Below, piece by piece: positions 51,828 to 61,826 of a DNA stretch of 64,000 nucleotides. Location of the stretch: positions 245,458-309,457 of the forward strand of contig JBFWJS010000003.1 in the NCBI GenBank assembly GCA_050253075.1, read 5' to 3'. This DNA is from Deferribacterales bacterium. GTDB lineage: Bacteria; Chrysiogenota; Deferribacteres; Deferribacterales; Geovibrionaceae. The notes under the pieces were generated by a model. It saw only the letters and a list, made by a program, of their open reading frames with translations. It was not told where the DNA came from and did no database searches. Positions within the stretch are counted from its first letter, which is position 1; the number at the start of each line of letters is the position of its first letter. The translations under genes were made by a program, and so were the position numbers.

Positions 51828-53339
51828 ATGAGCGATAAACTTAAAATTCAAGACCACGTTTCACTTTTCAGCCGTCAAGACTACATTGACATGTTCGAAA
51901 AGAAGAAACAATACGAGAACGCTGAGACAGATGCTAAAGTTCAAGAGATCCTTGAATGGACAAAAACTGAAGAGTACAAGAAGATCAACTTCGACAGAAC
52001 TGACCTTGTTGTAAACCCTCTTAAAGCTTGTCAGCCACTCGGCGGTATATATGCTGCTATCGGATTTGAAGGAACAATGCCTTTCGTACACGGTTCACAG
52101 GGCTGCGCTTCTTACTTCCGTTCACACTTTATACGTCACTTCCGTGAGCCATTCCCGACATCATGCGACGCCATGACAGAGGATGCAGCGGTTTTCGGCG
52201 GACACAACGCACTTTACCTCGGACTTCAGAACACACACGAGCTGTTCAAGCCTGAGATGATCGCTATCGTAACTTCATGCATGTCAGAGGTTATCGGTGA
52301 CGACCTTAACAACTTTGTTAAGAATGCTAAAGCTGAGGGGTACATCCCTGAAGACTTCCCTGTGACATACGCTCACACACCATCTTTCGTCGGCTCCCAT
52401 GTTGTCGGATACGACGCTATGATGACAGCTATCCTTAAGCAGCTCGGCGAAGTTAAAGAAGAGAAGCACGATAAGATCAACGTTATCATGGGATTCGACA
52501 CATACATCGAAAACTTCAACGAAGTTAAGCGTATATTCGAACTCTTCGGCGCTGAGCTTACACTTCTTTCCGACCCTACAGAGGTACTTAACTCACCTGC
52601 TGACGGACATTACAAAATGTACTACGGCGGTACACCTCTCGCAGATGTTAAGGATGCTCCTAACGCTAAATCTGCGATCCTTATGCAGAAATACTCCATG
52701 ATCAAGACAAAAGAGCTTCTTGAAGGATGGGGACAGAACGTTAAGGTTGTAAACCCTTACGGTCTCGAAGGAACTGACCAGCTTATCATGGCTATCGCTG
52801 AGCTGACAGGCAAGCCTATTCCTGCTCAGATAGAGAAAGAGCGTGGTCTCCTTGTGGATGCTATCACAGACTCTTACTACTGGACACACGGCAAGACCTT
52901 CGGCATCAACGGCGACCCTGACTTCGCACTTGCCCTTACAAGATTCGTAATGGAGCTCGGCGGCGAGCCTGTACACGTACTCTGCACAAACGGCGGTAAA
53001 GCATGGGAGAAAGAGTGTAACGAACTTCTCGCTAGCTCACAGCTCGGTGCAGACGGCAAAGCATACCCACAGAGAGATATGTGGCACTACCGTTCACTCC
53101 TCTTCACAGAGCCGGTTGACTACATGATAGGAAACTCCTACGGTAAATTCCTTGAGCGTGACACAGGAACACCTCTTGTACGTATCGGTTTCCCACTTCA
53201 GGACAGACATCACCTCCACAGATATCCTACACTCGGATACAGAGGCGGTGTACAGATGCTGACTTGGATCGTTAATGAAATCCTCGACGACGTAGATTTC
53301 AAAACAAAGGACACAACAAGCTACGACCTTCTGAGGTAA
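51828..53339 (+). CDS. nifK: nitrogenase MoFe protein beta chain
   Basis: KACQPLG, HGSQGC, TSCMSEVIGDD. Confidence 0.98.
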   Translation: MSDKLKIQDHVSLFSRQDYIDMFEKKKQYENAETDAKVQEILEWTKTEEYKKINFDRTDLVVNPLKACQPLGGIYAAIGFEGTMPFVHGSQGCASYFRSHFIRHFREPFPTSCDAMTEDAAVFGGHNALYLGLQNTHELFKPEMIAIVTSCMSEVIGDDLNNFVKNAKAEGYIPEDFPVTYAHTPSFVGSHVVGYDAMMTAILKQLGEVKEEKHDKINVIMGFDTYIENFNEVKRIFELFGAELTLLSDPTEVLNSPADGHYKMYYGGTPLADVKDAPNAKSAILMQKYSMIKTKELLEGWGQNVKVVNPYGLEGTDQLIMAIAELTGKPIPAQIEKERGLLVDAITDSYYWTHGKTFGINGDPDFALALTRFVMELGGEPVHVLCTNGGKAWEKECNELLASSQLGADGKAYPQRDMWHYRSLLFTEPVDYMIGNSYGKFLERDTGTPLVRIGFPLQDRHHLHRYPTLGYRGGVQMLTWIVNEILDDVDFKTKDTTSYDLLR

Positions 53340-53343
53340 TCCT

Positions 53344-53553
53344 ATGAAGGTAACACTAAATAAAAAAGGGGACGTATACTCAGTATACGTCCCTAAAAAA
53401 GATCTGGAAGCAATAGTAGTAGAAATCGAGCAGAAGGGCGTATTCGGAGGACTTTTTACTCTGAATAACGGGTGGATACTGGAATTCGCCGAACTGGAAG
53501 AAGAGCCCGAACTGCCGCAAACATTTAACGCAACGCTTGTAAGCAGAGGTTAA
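53344..53553 (+). CDS. nifT: NifT/FixU protein
   Basis: YVPKKDLE...GG...L.NGW...LP.T. Confidence 0.88.
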   Translation: MKVTLNKKGDVYSVYVPKKDLEAIVVEIEQKGVFGGLFTLNNGWILEFAELEEEPELPQTFNATLVSRG

Positions 53554-53714
53554 TAGAGAAACCTTCTATCTGTCATGCTGGGGGTCGGGCTTTCAGCCTT
53601 CCTCAGGGTGACACATAAAAAGTTTCTGTAATAGCTGAATGTATTGTCGGGGAGCTGACAATACAGATGAGAGAGTAGTACCTACAGCTTTTTTATCGTT
53701 CTAGGGAGTGCAAT

Positions 53715-55079
53715 ATGAAGCTTACATTACAGACACTGGTTAATGAGCCGGGTTGCGACCACAATCAGGCTAAATCAGATAAAAAGAAAAAAGAAGGGTG
53801 CAAAAAACCGACTCCCGGTGCCACAGCGGGCGGATGCGCATTTGACGGCGCACAGATCGTCCTGCTTCCGGTTGCGGATGCTGCCCATCTCATACACGGA
53901 CCAATCACATGCTGCGGCCACAGCTATAACAACAGGGGCACACGCTCCACTGTGGGCGACATGCACACATACGGCTTTACCACCGACATGTCCGAAATGG
54001 ACATTATCTTCGGCGGGGAACAAAAGCTGAGAGATTCCATAAAGTACATAGCAGAAAGATATAAGCCAAAAGCTATTTTTGTATACTCGACCTGCGTCAC
54101 AGCCATGATAGGCGAAGATATAGACCAGGTCTGTAAAGAGACTTCCAGTGAGGTGAGGCTGCCTGTGATCCCGGTAGACTCCCCCGGTTTTGCGGGCAGC
54201 AAAAACCTCGGCAATAAGTTTGCGGGAAACTCTGTAGTAGAACACGTAGTCGGAACGATAGAGCCAAAGTCCGTTCCGGAGAATTCGATCAACCTGATAG
54301 GGGAGTATAACATAGCGGGGGAGCTGTGGCAGGTTGAACCGATACTCAAAGCAGTGGGCATAAACATCCTCTCGAGGATAACAGGAAACGCCACATACGA
54401 AGAGCTCGCCTATGCGAACAAAGCTCAGGTGTCCGTGGTGATATGCAGCCGTGCGCTGATATCCATCGGGCGTCAGCTCGAGGAAAAGTACGGCATACCA
54501 TACCTCGAAGGATCCTTCTACAGCATGAAGCAGACAAAGGAAACCCTTCTGAAAATAGCCGATGTGCTGAAAAACGACGAACTCAAAGAAAGAATAGAAA
54601 AATACTGTGCAGAGAAAGAGAAAGAGACATACGCCGAGCTCGCTCCCTATCTGCCGGTGCTGAAAGATAAAAAGGTGCTCGTTTACACAGGCGGAGTGAA
54701 AAGCTGGTCTGTGCTCCATCAGCTCGAAGAGCTCGGTATGGAGGCTATCAAATCAAGCACCAGAAAGTCCACTGAAGAGGATGTGGAGAGGATTCTCGAC
54801 CATTTCGACGGAAATGAGGACGGTCTCCTCCCAAAAGCTACAGGCAAGAGCATGCTTGCCCTGCTGAAGGAACGCAAAGGCGACCTTTTCCTCGCGGGCG
54901 GCCGAAACATGTATAACGCTATGAAAGGGCAGGTTCCCTTCCTCGACGTAAACCAGGAGAGGCACTTTGCCTATGCAGGCTACGAAGGGATGGTGGAGCT
55001 GGCGAAGCACATGGTGTGGACTCTGGAATCACCCGTGTTTGACATAGCACACAGCAAAGCACCATGGGAGGCAGAATAA
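53715..55079 (+). CDS. nifE: FeMo-cofactor biosynthesis protein NifE
   Basis: GGCAFDGA, HGPITC, TCVTAMIGEDI, YTGGVKSWS, DVNQER. Confidence 0.96.
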   Translation: MKLTLQTLVNEPGCDHNQAKSDKKKKEGCKKPTPGATAGGCAFDGAQIVLLPVADAAHLIHGPITCCGHSYNNRGTRSTVGDMHTYGFTTDMSEMDIIFGGEQKLRDSIKYIAERYKPKAIFVYSTCVTAMIGEDIDQVCKETSSEVRLPVIPVDSPGFAGSKNLGNKFAGNSVVEHVVGTIEPKSVPENSINLIGEYNIAGELWQVEPILKAVGINILSRITGNATYEELAYANKAQVSVVICSRALISIGRQLEEKYGIPYLEGSFYSMKQTKETLLKIADVLKNDELKERIEKYCAEKEKETYAELAPYLPVLKDKKVLVYTGGVKSWSVLHQLEELGMEAIKSSTRKSTEEDVERILDHFDGNEDGLLPKATGKSMLALLKERKGDLFLAGGRNMYNAMKGQVPFLDVNQERHFAYAGYEGMVELAKHMVWTLESPVFDIAHSKAPWEAE

Positions 55080-56386
55080 TGGTTAAGACTATCGAAAAGC
55101 CTCTGAGCATCAACCCTCTGAAAAAGAGTCAGATAATGGGCGCAGTGTCCGTTTTCCTCGGTATAGAGGGGTGCATGCCTCTCGTACACGGCTCACAGGG
55201 CTGTATGGCATTTACAAAGAACTTCCTGACACAGCACTTCCGTGAGGTCACCCCTATGCAGAGTACTGCTGTGTTCGACATTGCTACTATCCTCGGCGGG
55301 GATTCAAACCTGCACGACGGACTGAAGAATGTAATAGAAAAGACAAAGCCTAAGATAATCGGGCTCTGCACATCAGGCATGACAGAGACCAGAGGCGACG
55401 ACATAAAAGGGACTCTCATGAGATTCAGAGAGCAGTTCCCCGAATTTGACGAAACAGTTATCGTGCCGGTCCTCACACCCGACTTTGTCGGTGATGCTGA
55501 GACAGGCTATGCAGAGGCTGTGGCGCAGATTCTCAATGTCGGCGTAGATGTAGAGGCTAAGAAAACATATAAAGACAACCGCAGGATAAACATCCTCGCA
55601 GGGATGCACCTGAACGCCGCAGATATCGACTGGCTCCGCAGGCTGTTTGCAGATTTCGGTCTGGATACATTTGTCCTGCCTGACCTCGCCTCCACAATGG
55701 GCGGTCAGGTGACAAGGTTCTACAGCCTCCCCGAAGAGGGCTCAAAGCTCGAAGATATCAAAACGGCAGGATGCGCTGATTTCACCATCGCAGTCGGCAG
55801 CAGTATGGAAAAAGCTGCGGATGTGCTCCTTGAGAAATGCAGCGTTCCTTATAAAAAATTCGACACACTCACAGGTGTGAAAGCAACAGACGAGCTCCTT
55901 AGCTGGCTGATGGACTACACAGGCAAGCCTGTCCCCGAGTGGGTTAAGATAGAGCGCAAAAGAGCGCTGGACGCCATGCTGGACGCACACTTCAGCTTCG
56001 GCGGGAAAACATGCTCCATAGCTGCCGAGCCTGACCTTGCTTATAACCTGGGCAAGATGATCAGTGAGGAATTCGGCATAAAGCTGGAGACCGTAGTTTC
56101 AACTGCGAAAGAGGGACTCTTCACCACGCTGGATGCTGAAAATATCATCTGCGGAGACATGGAAGACCTCGAAGACAACATCGGCAAATCCGACTTTGTC
56201 ATAGCAAACTCAAACGCAGGCAACATCTGCCACAGAAAAGGACTCCCATTATATAAAGCAGGATATCCGATAAAGGATATGTTAGGCCATTTCCACAGGC
56301 ATTTCATAGGCTACAAGGGGGCTGTGATGCTCGCTTTTGACCTCGGAAATATTTGTCTGGAAAAGGACATCCACTCATCACACTAA
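55079..56386 (+). CDS. nifN: FeMo-cofactor biosynthesis protein NifN
   Basis: NPLKKSQ, HGSQGC, ETRGDDI, DAMLDAHF; TAATG overlap with nifE. Confidence 0.95.
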   Translation: MVKTIEKPLSINPLKKSQIMGAVSVFLGIEGCMPLVHGSQGCMAFTKNFLTQHFREVTPMQSTAVFDIATILGGDSNLHDGLKNVIEKTKPKIIGLCTSGMTETRGDDIKGTLMRFREQFPEFDETVIVPVLTPDFVGDAETGYAEAVAQILNVGVDVEAKKTYKDNRRINILAGMHLNAADIDWLRRLFADFGLDTFVLPDLASTMGGQVTRFYSLPEEGSKLEDIKTAGCADFTIAVGSSMEKAADVLLEKCSVPYKKFDTLTGVKATDELLSWLMDYTGKPVPEWVKIERKRALDAMLDAHFSFGGKTCSIAAEPDLAYNLGKMISEEFGIKLETVVSTAKEGLFTTLDAENIICGDMEDLEDNIGKSDFVIANSNAGNICHRKGLPLYKAGYPIKDMLGHFHRHFIGYKGAVMLAFDLGNICLEKDIHSSH

Positions 56387-56397
56387 AGGAGACAGAC

Positions 56398-56769
56398 ATG
56401 AAAATCGCATTTTGCACAACTGATATGGAAACAATAAACCAGCACTTTGGTCAGGCTGATAAAGTGGCTATCTATGATATAGACGACAAAGAATACTCAC
56501 TCGCAGAAGTCAGAGAGTTCGTGCCTATCGACCCTGAGAAAGGCGACCATAAGGTAGACACAGAGACAAAAGCCATAGCACTGAAAGACTGCGCAATCCT
56601 TTATGTCGCTGAGATCGGCGGACCTGCTGCTGCACACGTTATAAAAAATAAGATTCACCCTATAAAAGTCGCAGAACCTGTGGCTATCAAAGAGATACTC
56701 GACGCTCTGAAAGCGAAACTCGGCGATAATCCTGCACCGTGGCTTAAAAAGGCAATGTTAAAGGGATAG
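56398..56769 (+). CDS. nifX: FeMo-cofactor carrier NifX
   Basis: MKIAF.T.D...INQHFG, IGGPAAA, PWLKKA. Confidence 0.92.
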   Translation: MKIAFCTTDMETINQHFGQADKVAIYDIDDKEYSLAEVREFVPIDPEKGDHKVDTETKAIALKDCAILYVAEIGGPAAAHVIKNKIHPIKVAEPVAIKEILDALKAKLGDNPAPWLKKAMLKG

Positions 56770-56773
56770 TCCT

Positions 56774-57196
56774 ATGCAGAAATTCATGGAGACACTGAAC
56801 GCAAAGCTGCGTGCCCACGATGCTTACGGCGTGTGGAAAAAGCTAGACGATGCGACAGTTATATCAAGGCACTATGTCCTCAGCAAAGAGGATAAGAAGA
56901 AGATAGACGTATACGGCAGGATGCCCGATGATGTCATTGCTAAGATGCGCCTTTACTATGAGGCTGTTGCACAGACGGTAGAGTGGCAGACAGGGAAGAT
57001 GGCCATAACAATGCTGGACATCAATACCGAAGGCTTCGGCCGTGCACTCGTCGCTTATGAGGACGCTATCCTCTGCCAGAGGGTGCATCGAAACGCACAT
57101 AAATTCGGCTTTAAAGACCTCGAAGATATCGAGAGCGACGGCGAAAAGCTCGTTGCTGCGTGCCTTAAGAAATTGTCTGAGATGCCCGAAGAATAA
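56774..57196 (+). CDS. NifX-associated protein (DUF269)
   Basis: RAHDAYGVW, EGFGR, HKFGF...GEKLV. Confidence 0.85.
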   Translation: MQKFMETLNAKLRAHDAYGVWKKLDDATVISRHYVLSKEDKKKIDVYGRMPDDVIAKMRLYYEAVAQTVEWQTGKMAITMLDINTEGFGRALVAYEDAILCQRVHRNAHKFGFKDLEDIESDGEKLVAACLKKLSEMPEE

Positions 57197-57234
57197 TTCT
57201 GGATACTTTTTTCTTTTATATATGTTCAGGAAGA

Positions 57235-57260
57235 GGGCGGCTCAATGAGTCGCCTTTTTT
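57235..57260 (+). terminator. Rho-independent terminator of the nifENX operon
   Basis: GGCGGCTC-AAT-GAGTCGCC-TTTTTT. Confidence 0.8.
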
Positions 57261-57263
57261 CGT

Positions 57264-58202
57264 TTAGGTGATTATTCGGCTGACAATGCCGTCACGCCCT
57301 TGATTCTTCACTTCGTAAATTCCTTTATCTGCCTCGATTATAAGCTCTTCCACTTTGTTGCTGATGTTCATTGTGATGTCCATACGCATGGATACCACGG
57401 ATATGCTGAGTGACGTGCCGAAGTTTTTCTTTTTCTGGTAGTGTCCTCTGAGCCTGCCTGCTGCCTTTACGGCGGCTTTGAGGTCTGCCCCGGGCATTAT
57501 AATGCCGAATTCGTCCCCGCCGAATCTGAATGCGGTGTCTTTATCTGCACGCACGATAGTCAGCATGGTGTCTGCAAGAGTTCTGAGGACTTTGTCCCCT
57601 GATGCATGGCCGTATTGGTCGTTGACCTCTTTGAATTTGTCACAGTCCAGCATTATGAGCGACATATACTCGCCCTTTGGAGCCAGCTTTTCTGCTTCTT
57701 TCAGGAGACAAGCATCAAAATATCTCCTGTTGTAGAGACCTGTCAGGCTGTCTTTTATAGCCAGATCCTGCATCTTCTGCGCCTTGTCTTTACTCTCGTT
57801 AAGCATCTTTATCAGCATGCGGTTCTGCCCTCGGATGTGATTTCCCACCAGCTTTAGATTACGCAGAAAATCTATGAAAGCGTTTTCGTCCTCACGCTGG
57901 TTCGGCAGGGCAAAGTATGCCATATAGTTCCCTTTACGGATGTTTTTACAAAATTCAGATGCCTGCCTCAGGCTTTTGCCGATGAGCAGATATTCGATCA
58001 GTCTGGATACATTCGGCAGGACAATTATCATAAGCAAGACCAAAGCCGTCAGAGCATGCTGACCGGGTTTTACTATTCTTGACTCATAAAGATATATGAC
58101 CGTACAGATAGGTACGATCGCAAGGATGAAATAAGTGAAAGCTATCTTTTTCCGAATGCTGTAAGATATTTTTATCTCTGTGTTTGAGTGTTTGCCAGTC
58201 AT
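57264..58202 (-). CDS. membrane-anchored diguanylate cyclase
   Basis: Two TM helices; DSLTGLYNRR, DKFKEVNDQYGH, RFGGDEF. Confidence 0.9.
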   Translation of the reverse strand: MTGKHSNTEIKISYSIRKKIAFTYFILAIVPICTVIYLYESRIVKPGQHALTALVLLMIIVLPNVSRLIEYLLIGKSLRQASEFCKNIRKGNYMAYFALPNQREDENAFIDFLRNLKLVGNHIRGQNRMLIKMLNESKDKAQKMQDLAIKDSLTGLYNRRYFDACLLKEAEKLAPKGEYMSLIMLDCDKFKEVNDQYGHASGDKVLRTLADTMLTIVRADKDTAFRFGGDEFGIIMPGADLKAAVKAAGRLRGHYQKKKNFGTSLSISVVSMRMDITMNISNKVEELIIEADKGIYEVKNQGRDGIVSRIIT

Positions 58203-58245
58203 TTTCCCGACCTTTAAATGAATAATTCAGAGCACTTCATTAAAT

Positions 58246-58264
58246 GATAATGAGAATTGATATC
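58246..58264. promoter_or_regulatory. Fur-box-like site upstream of the diguanylate cyclase
   Basis: GATAATGAGAATTGATATC, 15/19 match to GATAATGATAATCATTATC. Confidence 0.5.
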
Positions 58265-58389
58265 AATAAATGAGAGTGAAGTCAAGTAGAGATTCAAAGG
58301 GATTTAAGTTTAATCTTTGCGAGCTTCGGACACTAAAAAAGGCGATGTGAAAACACCGCCTTCTTCAGAATGCCTACAGTGGATTTATA

Positions 58390-59508
58390 CTAAGCAGGTT
58401 TACTGCATAGTTTGCTGTATAGTCCTATCACCTGAGCCTTATTCAGCACAGATTTGTTCTTTCTGGCGAGCTTCTTCGCCTCGTGCAGCAGCCCTGTGAG
58501 CTGAAAGTCCTCGAGGAAGAGTCCTTCCTGATCGAGTATATATTTCAATACCGCAAGCCCTGACTGGTTGCCGAACACAAGGTTACGCTTCATATTCAGC
58601 TCAGACGGGTCGAAGGGCTCATAGTTCTTAGGGTTTTTAAGAACTCCGTCTGTGTGTATGCCCGATTCGTGGGTGAACATGAACTCTCCGATGACTGGCT
58701 TCTGAGGGTCGAGGGCTCTGCCCGCTGCCTTTGCCACATATTCAGAGAGGGATCTCATATTCTGTGTATCGAATGTATCCTCCATGCCGTATACATGTCT
58801 GGATGCCATTATGATCTCTTCCAGCGGTGCATTCCCCGCACGCTCGCCGAGCCCCATCACGGTGGTGTTGACGTGTGTGGCTCCCGCCTTAACGGCTGCC
58901 ATAGCGTTTGCTGTCGCCATGCCGAAGTCGTTGTGAGTGTGCACCTCTATGTCCATTTTCGTTATCTCACGTATCTTCTTTGTGAGCTCGTATGTTGTGA
59001 AAGGGTCGAGTATGCCGACAGTATCGCAAAATCTGAACCTGTCTGCACCGTGTGCTTCGATCACCTTTACATATTCGGCGAGGAAGTCGAAGTCCGCACG
59101 GGATGCATCCTCTCCTCCGACGGATATATAAAGGTCGTGATTTGCGCAGAAGTCGAGAACTGATTTCACCTGATCGAGTATCCATTCCCTCGTCTTATTC
59201 AGCTTTGTATGTATCTGTACATCCGACATAGGCAGGGATATCTCTATGGATGTAGCCCCCGCTGCTATGGACGCTTGCACATCGCCTATCAGCGCTCTGT
59301 TCCATGCTATTATGCGTGCATCCAGCCCGAGCTCCAGTATGGATTCAAACATGCGTGACTCGGCTCTGCCCATAACGGGTATGCCCGCTTCTATCTCCTG
59401 AACGCCGATAGCGTCGAGATGTTTTGCTATTGTCAGCTTTTCCTTACGGGAAAAGGCGACACCCGGGGTCTGTTCCCCGTCTCTTAGTGTAGTATCGTCT
59501 ATTATCAT
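58390..59508 (-). CDS. nifV: homocitrate synthase
   Basis: DTTLRDGEQ, HTHNDFGMATAN, GLGERAGNA, FTHESGIH; nif context. Confidence 0.93.
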   Translation of the reverse strand: MIIDDTTLRDGEQTPGVAFSRKEKLTIAKHLDAIGVQEIEAGIPVMGRAESRMFESILELGLDARIIAWNRALIGDVQASIAAGATSIEISLPMSDVQIHTKLNKTREWILDQVKSVLDFCANHDLYISVGGEDASRADFDFLAEYVKVIEAHGADRFRFCDTVGILDPFTTYELTKKIREITKMDIEVHTHNDFGMATANAMAAVKAGATHVNTTVMGLGERAGNAPLEEIIMASRHVYGMEDTFDTQNMRSLSEYVAKAAGRALDPQKPVIGEFMFTHESGIHTDGVLKNPKNYEPFDPSELNMKRNLVFGNQSGLAVLKYILDQEGLFLEDFQLTGLLHEAKKLARKNKSVLNKAQVIGLYSKLCSKPA

Positions 59509-59533
59509 CTTAAGACTCCCATCTTAATAGATT

Positions 59534-59622
59534 GTCATCGCGAATGTAATGAAGCGATCTTGCAAGTATATTTTCTCCCAGTAGTTGGAAGACTGCTTCG
59601 TCGATGTCTCCCTCGCAGTGAC
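59534..59622. repeat. inverted pair of REP-like repeats
   Basis: GTCATCGCGAATGTAATGAAGCGATCT (+) facing GTCACTGCGAG..GAAGCAGTCT (-); a third partial copy at 59668. Confidence 0.65.
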
Positions 59623-59760
59623 GTTATAGCAATGTATTGCAATCGGCATGCCAGTTGCTCTTTATGAGTCATCCTGAACGGAGTGAATGAACTGAAACCT
59701 ATATACATTAATGGGTTCAGCCTTTTTATGACGACAGAGAGATGAAGAGAAAGTAAGGAT

Positions 59761-59882
59761 TGTAACATTACAGACATTACACAATGTCAGGTACGCTGTC
59801 AGACAATTGTAACAAACATGACACTGACAAAAATGCTGAAACCCTTGATATCAGCGGGTTGTGGTTTTGGCACAAAGGTTGC
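59761..59882 (+). promoter_or_regulatory. NifA/sigma54 promoter of nifB
   Basis: TGT-N10-ACA at 59761-59776 and 59808-59823; TGGCAC-AAAGG-TTGC 59868-59882. Confidence 0.85.
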
Positions 59883-59905
59883 TTTGTAAAAGGCGGAGGC
59901 AGAAT

Positions 59906-61246
59906 ATGAGAAAAGACGAAGTAAAAGCCAAGATTGAAAAGCACCCTTGCTATTGCAAAGATGCCCATGATAAATACGCAAGAATACACCTTCCCGTTGC
60001 TCCTGCGTGTAATATACAGTGCAACTACTGTAACAGAAAATATGACTGCTCCAACGAATCAAGACCGGGCGTAACCAGCGGTGTACTTAACCCTGAGCAG
60101 GCTCTTGAAAAAGTTATAATGATAGAACAATCACTCGACAATCTCTCTGTTGTCGGTATCGCAGGCCCCGGAGATGCACTGGCTAATCCATCGGCTACAT
60201 TCGAGACACTCCGTCTCTTAAAAGCATACAAACCTGAGCTCATCCCGTGCATCAGCACAAACGGTCTCGCTCTCCCTGACTATGTGGACGAGATAGTAGA
60301 GCTCGGCATCAGCCACGTAACAGTAACAATGAATGCAGTAGACCCTCTCGTGGGTCAGCAGATATACAGCTGGATACACTTCGAAGGTGTTACATACCGA
60401 GGTGTTGAAGCAGCCGCAAAGCTCCTTGAGCGTCAGCTCGAGGGCATCAAGATGCTCACAGACAGAGGCATACTCGTTAAGATAAACACTGTCCTCATCC
60501 CGGGCATCAACGACAAGCATATAAATGAAGTAGCTAAAAAGATAAAAGAGCTTGGTGTTTTCATACACAATATCCTGCCTCTCATGAGCAAGCCCGAATA
60601 CGGCACAAAATTCGCCAAAGACGGCGTACCTGAGCCTGATATCAAGATGATAGCCAGAGCAAGGTTCGACTGTGCCGAGATCATGGGCGGATTCGACAAT
60701 GTCATGCAGCACTGCCGTCAGTGCAGAGCAGATGCAATAGGCAAGCTCGGACAAGACTTCGACATGAATCAACTAAGCGACGAGATCATAAACAACTCCT
60801 CAGCGGTAAAGGCACAGGTGATGAGTTCACATCGTGCCTTTACTTCTAAAAGCATGGAGCAGACATCATCCCGAGCCACAAGAAGCAAGATGACCGTGGT
60901 TGCTGTCGCTACAGAGAATAAATATATATCCGACGTCACATTCAAAAATGCCAGAACCTTCTATGTTTACGAAGTTTCGGGCTGGGGTGCGCATCTCAGA
61001 GAGATCAGAACCCTGAATTATGACGATTCCGATGCCTGTATAAAACTTTCAGGCCACCTTAAGAATGTACTGGAACTTCTCGAAGGATGCTCTGTTATGG
61101 TTTGCAGCGTTGCAGGAAAGAGCGCTGTGACAGAAATGTCTAAGCTGGGTATCACAATAGATACTACATGTGGTTATAAAGGACTGGAAGAAGCCGCTTA
61201 CCACGCCGGTATGAAAATACTGAAGGAAACAAAAGTTACAGCGTAA
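59906..61246 (+). CDS. nifB: FeMo-cofactor biosynthesis radical SAM protein NifB
   Basis: HPCY, CNIQCNYC, ESRPG, AGPGD, HCRQCRADA; C-terminal NifX-like domain. Confidence 0.96.
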   Translation: MRKDEVKAKIEKHPCYCKDAHDKYARIHLPVAPACNIQCNYCNRKYDCSNESRPGVTSGVLNPEQALEKVIMIEQSLDNLSVVGIAGPGDALANPSATFETLRLLKAYKPELIPCISTNGLALPDYVDEIVELGISHVTVTMNAVDPLVGQQIYSWIHFEGVTYRGVEAAAKLLERQLEGIKMLTDRGILVKINTVLIPGINDKHINEVAKKIKELGVFIHNILPLMSKPEYGTKFAKDGVPEPDIKMIARARFDCAEIMGGFDNVMQHCRQCRADAIGKLGQDFDMNQLSDEIINNSSAVKAQVMSSHRAFTSKSMEQTSSRATRSKMTVVAVATENKYISDVTFKNARTFYVYEVSGWGAHLREIRTLNYDDSDACIKLSGHLKNVLELLEGCSVMVCSVAGKSAVTEMSKLGITIDTTCGYKGLEEAAYHAGMKILKETKVTA

Positions 61247-61584
61247 TGAAAAAAGATGGGAGTCTTGATATGTTACAGCAAAATCTGAGTGCAAACTCTG
61301 AGTCGGCGCAGATCGCCGCACTTATGAAAAACGACGGATACAAAATGATAAAAGGCGTGTGTGAAGACATCGATGTCGGAAACATTACAACAAGCATGCA
61401 TATCCGCTCGGGAAAGAGACTGATATCCCTGCTCATCCCAAACGGTGAAGCAAAGGCATCAGGTGCAGAGGTCGGTCAGCCTATCTACTGCATGATAAAA
61501 GGCAAAGATATCTATGTATTCAGAGACATCAAATACATGATGACAAAACTGCTGGAAAAAGACGGAAAACAGATAATCGTTTAA
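61246..61584 (+). CDS. TOBE/molybdate-binding-like domain protein
   Basis: IKG...I..G......SG...ISL.I.......GA.VGQ.IY.MIK pattern of TOBE domains; TAATG overlap with nifB. Confidence 0.55.
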   Translation: MKKDGSLDMLQQNLSANSESAQIAALMKNDGYKMIKGVCEDIDVGNITTSMHIRSGKRLISLLIPNGEAKASGAEVGQPIYCMIKGKDIYVFRDIKYMMTKLLEKDGKQIIV

Positions 61585-61595
61585 CAAATATAGAA

Positions 61596-61720
61596 GTCAC
61601 TCTGAGGAACACTGAAAGTGTGACGTAAGAGTCTCAGACCCAAGCTTATAGGCTGGTTATTAAGTAATTGATAAACAAAGGCTGAGATCCATACGCCTGC
61701 AGTTGCAGGCTCAGGATGAC
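61596..61720. repeat. inverted pair of REP-like repeats
   Basis: GTCACTCTGAG..GACGTAAGAGTCTC (61596-61635, +) facing GTCATCCTGAGCCTGC..GCAGGCGTATGGATCTC (61684-61720, -). Confidence 0.7.
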
Positions 61721-61826
61721 AATCTGAAATGTCTTCTATTGCGGGGCAGCTATCGGCACTGTGTCACCCCAATCAAGCCCGTTGCCGTGTGCGATGGGGG
61801 GCGGTTCACCCCCCACCCCGATTTTT

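Noticed and set aside
61741..61821. tRNA-like, ribozyme or group II intron end
   Set aside because: No TTCRA T-loop, anticodon arm or CCA; no convincing twister, HDV or domain V consensus
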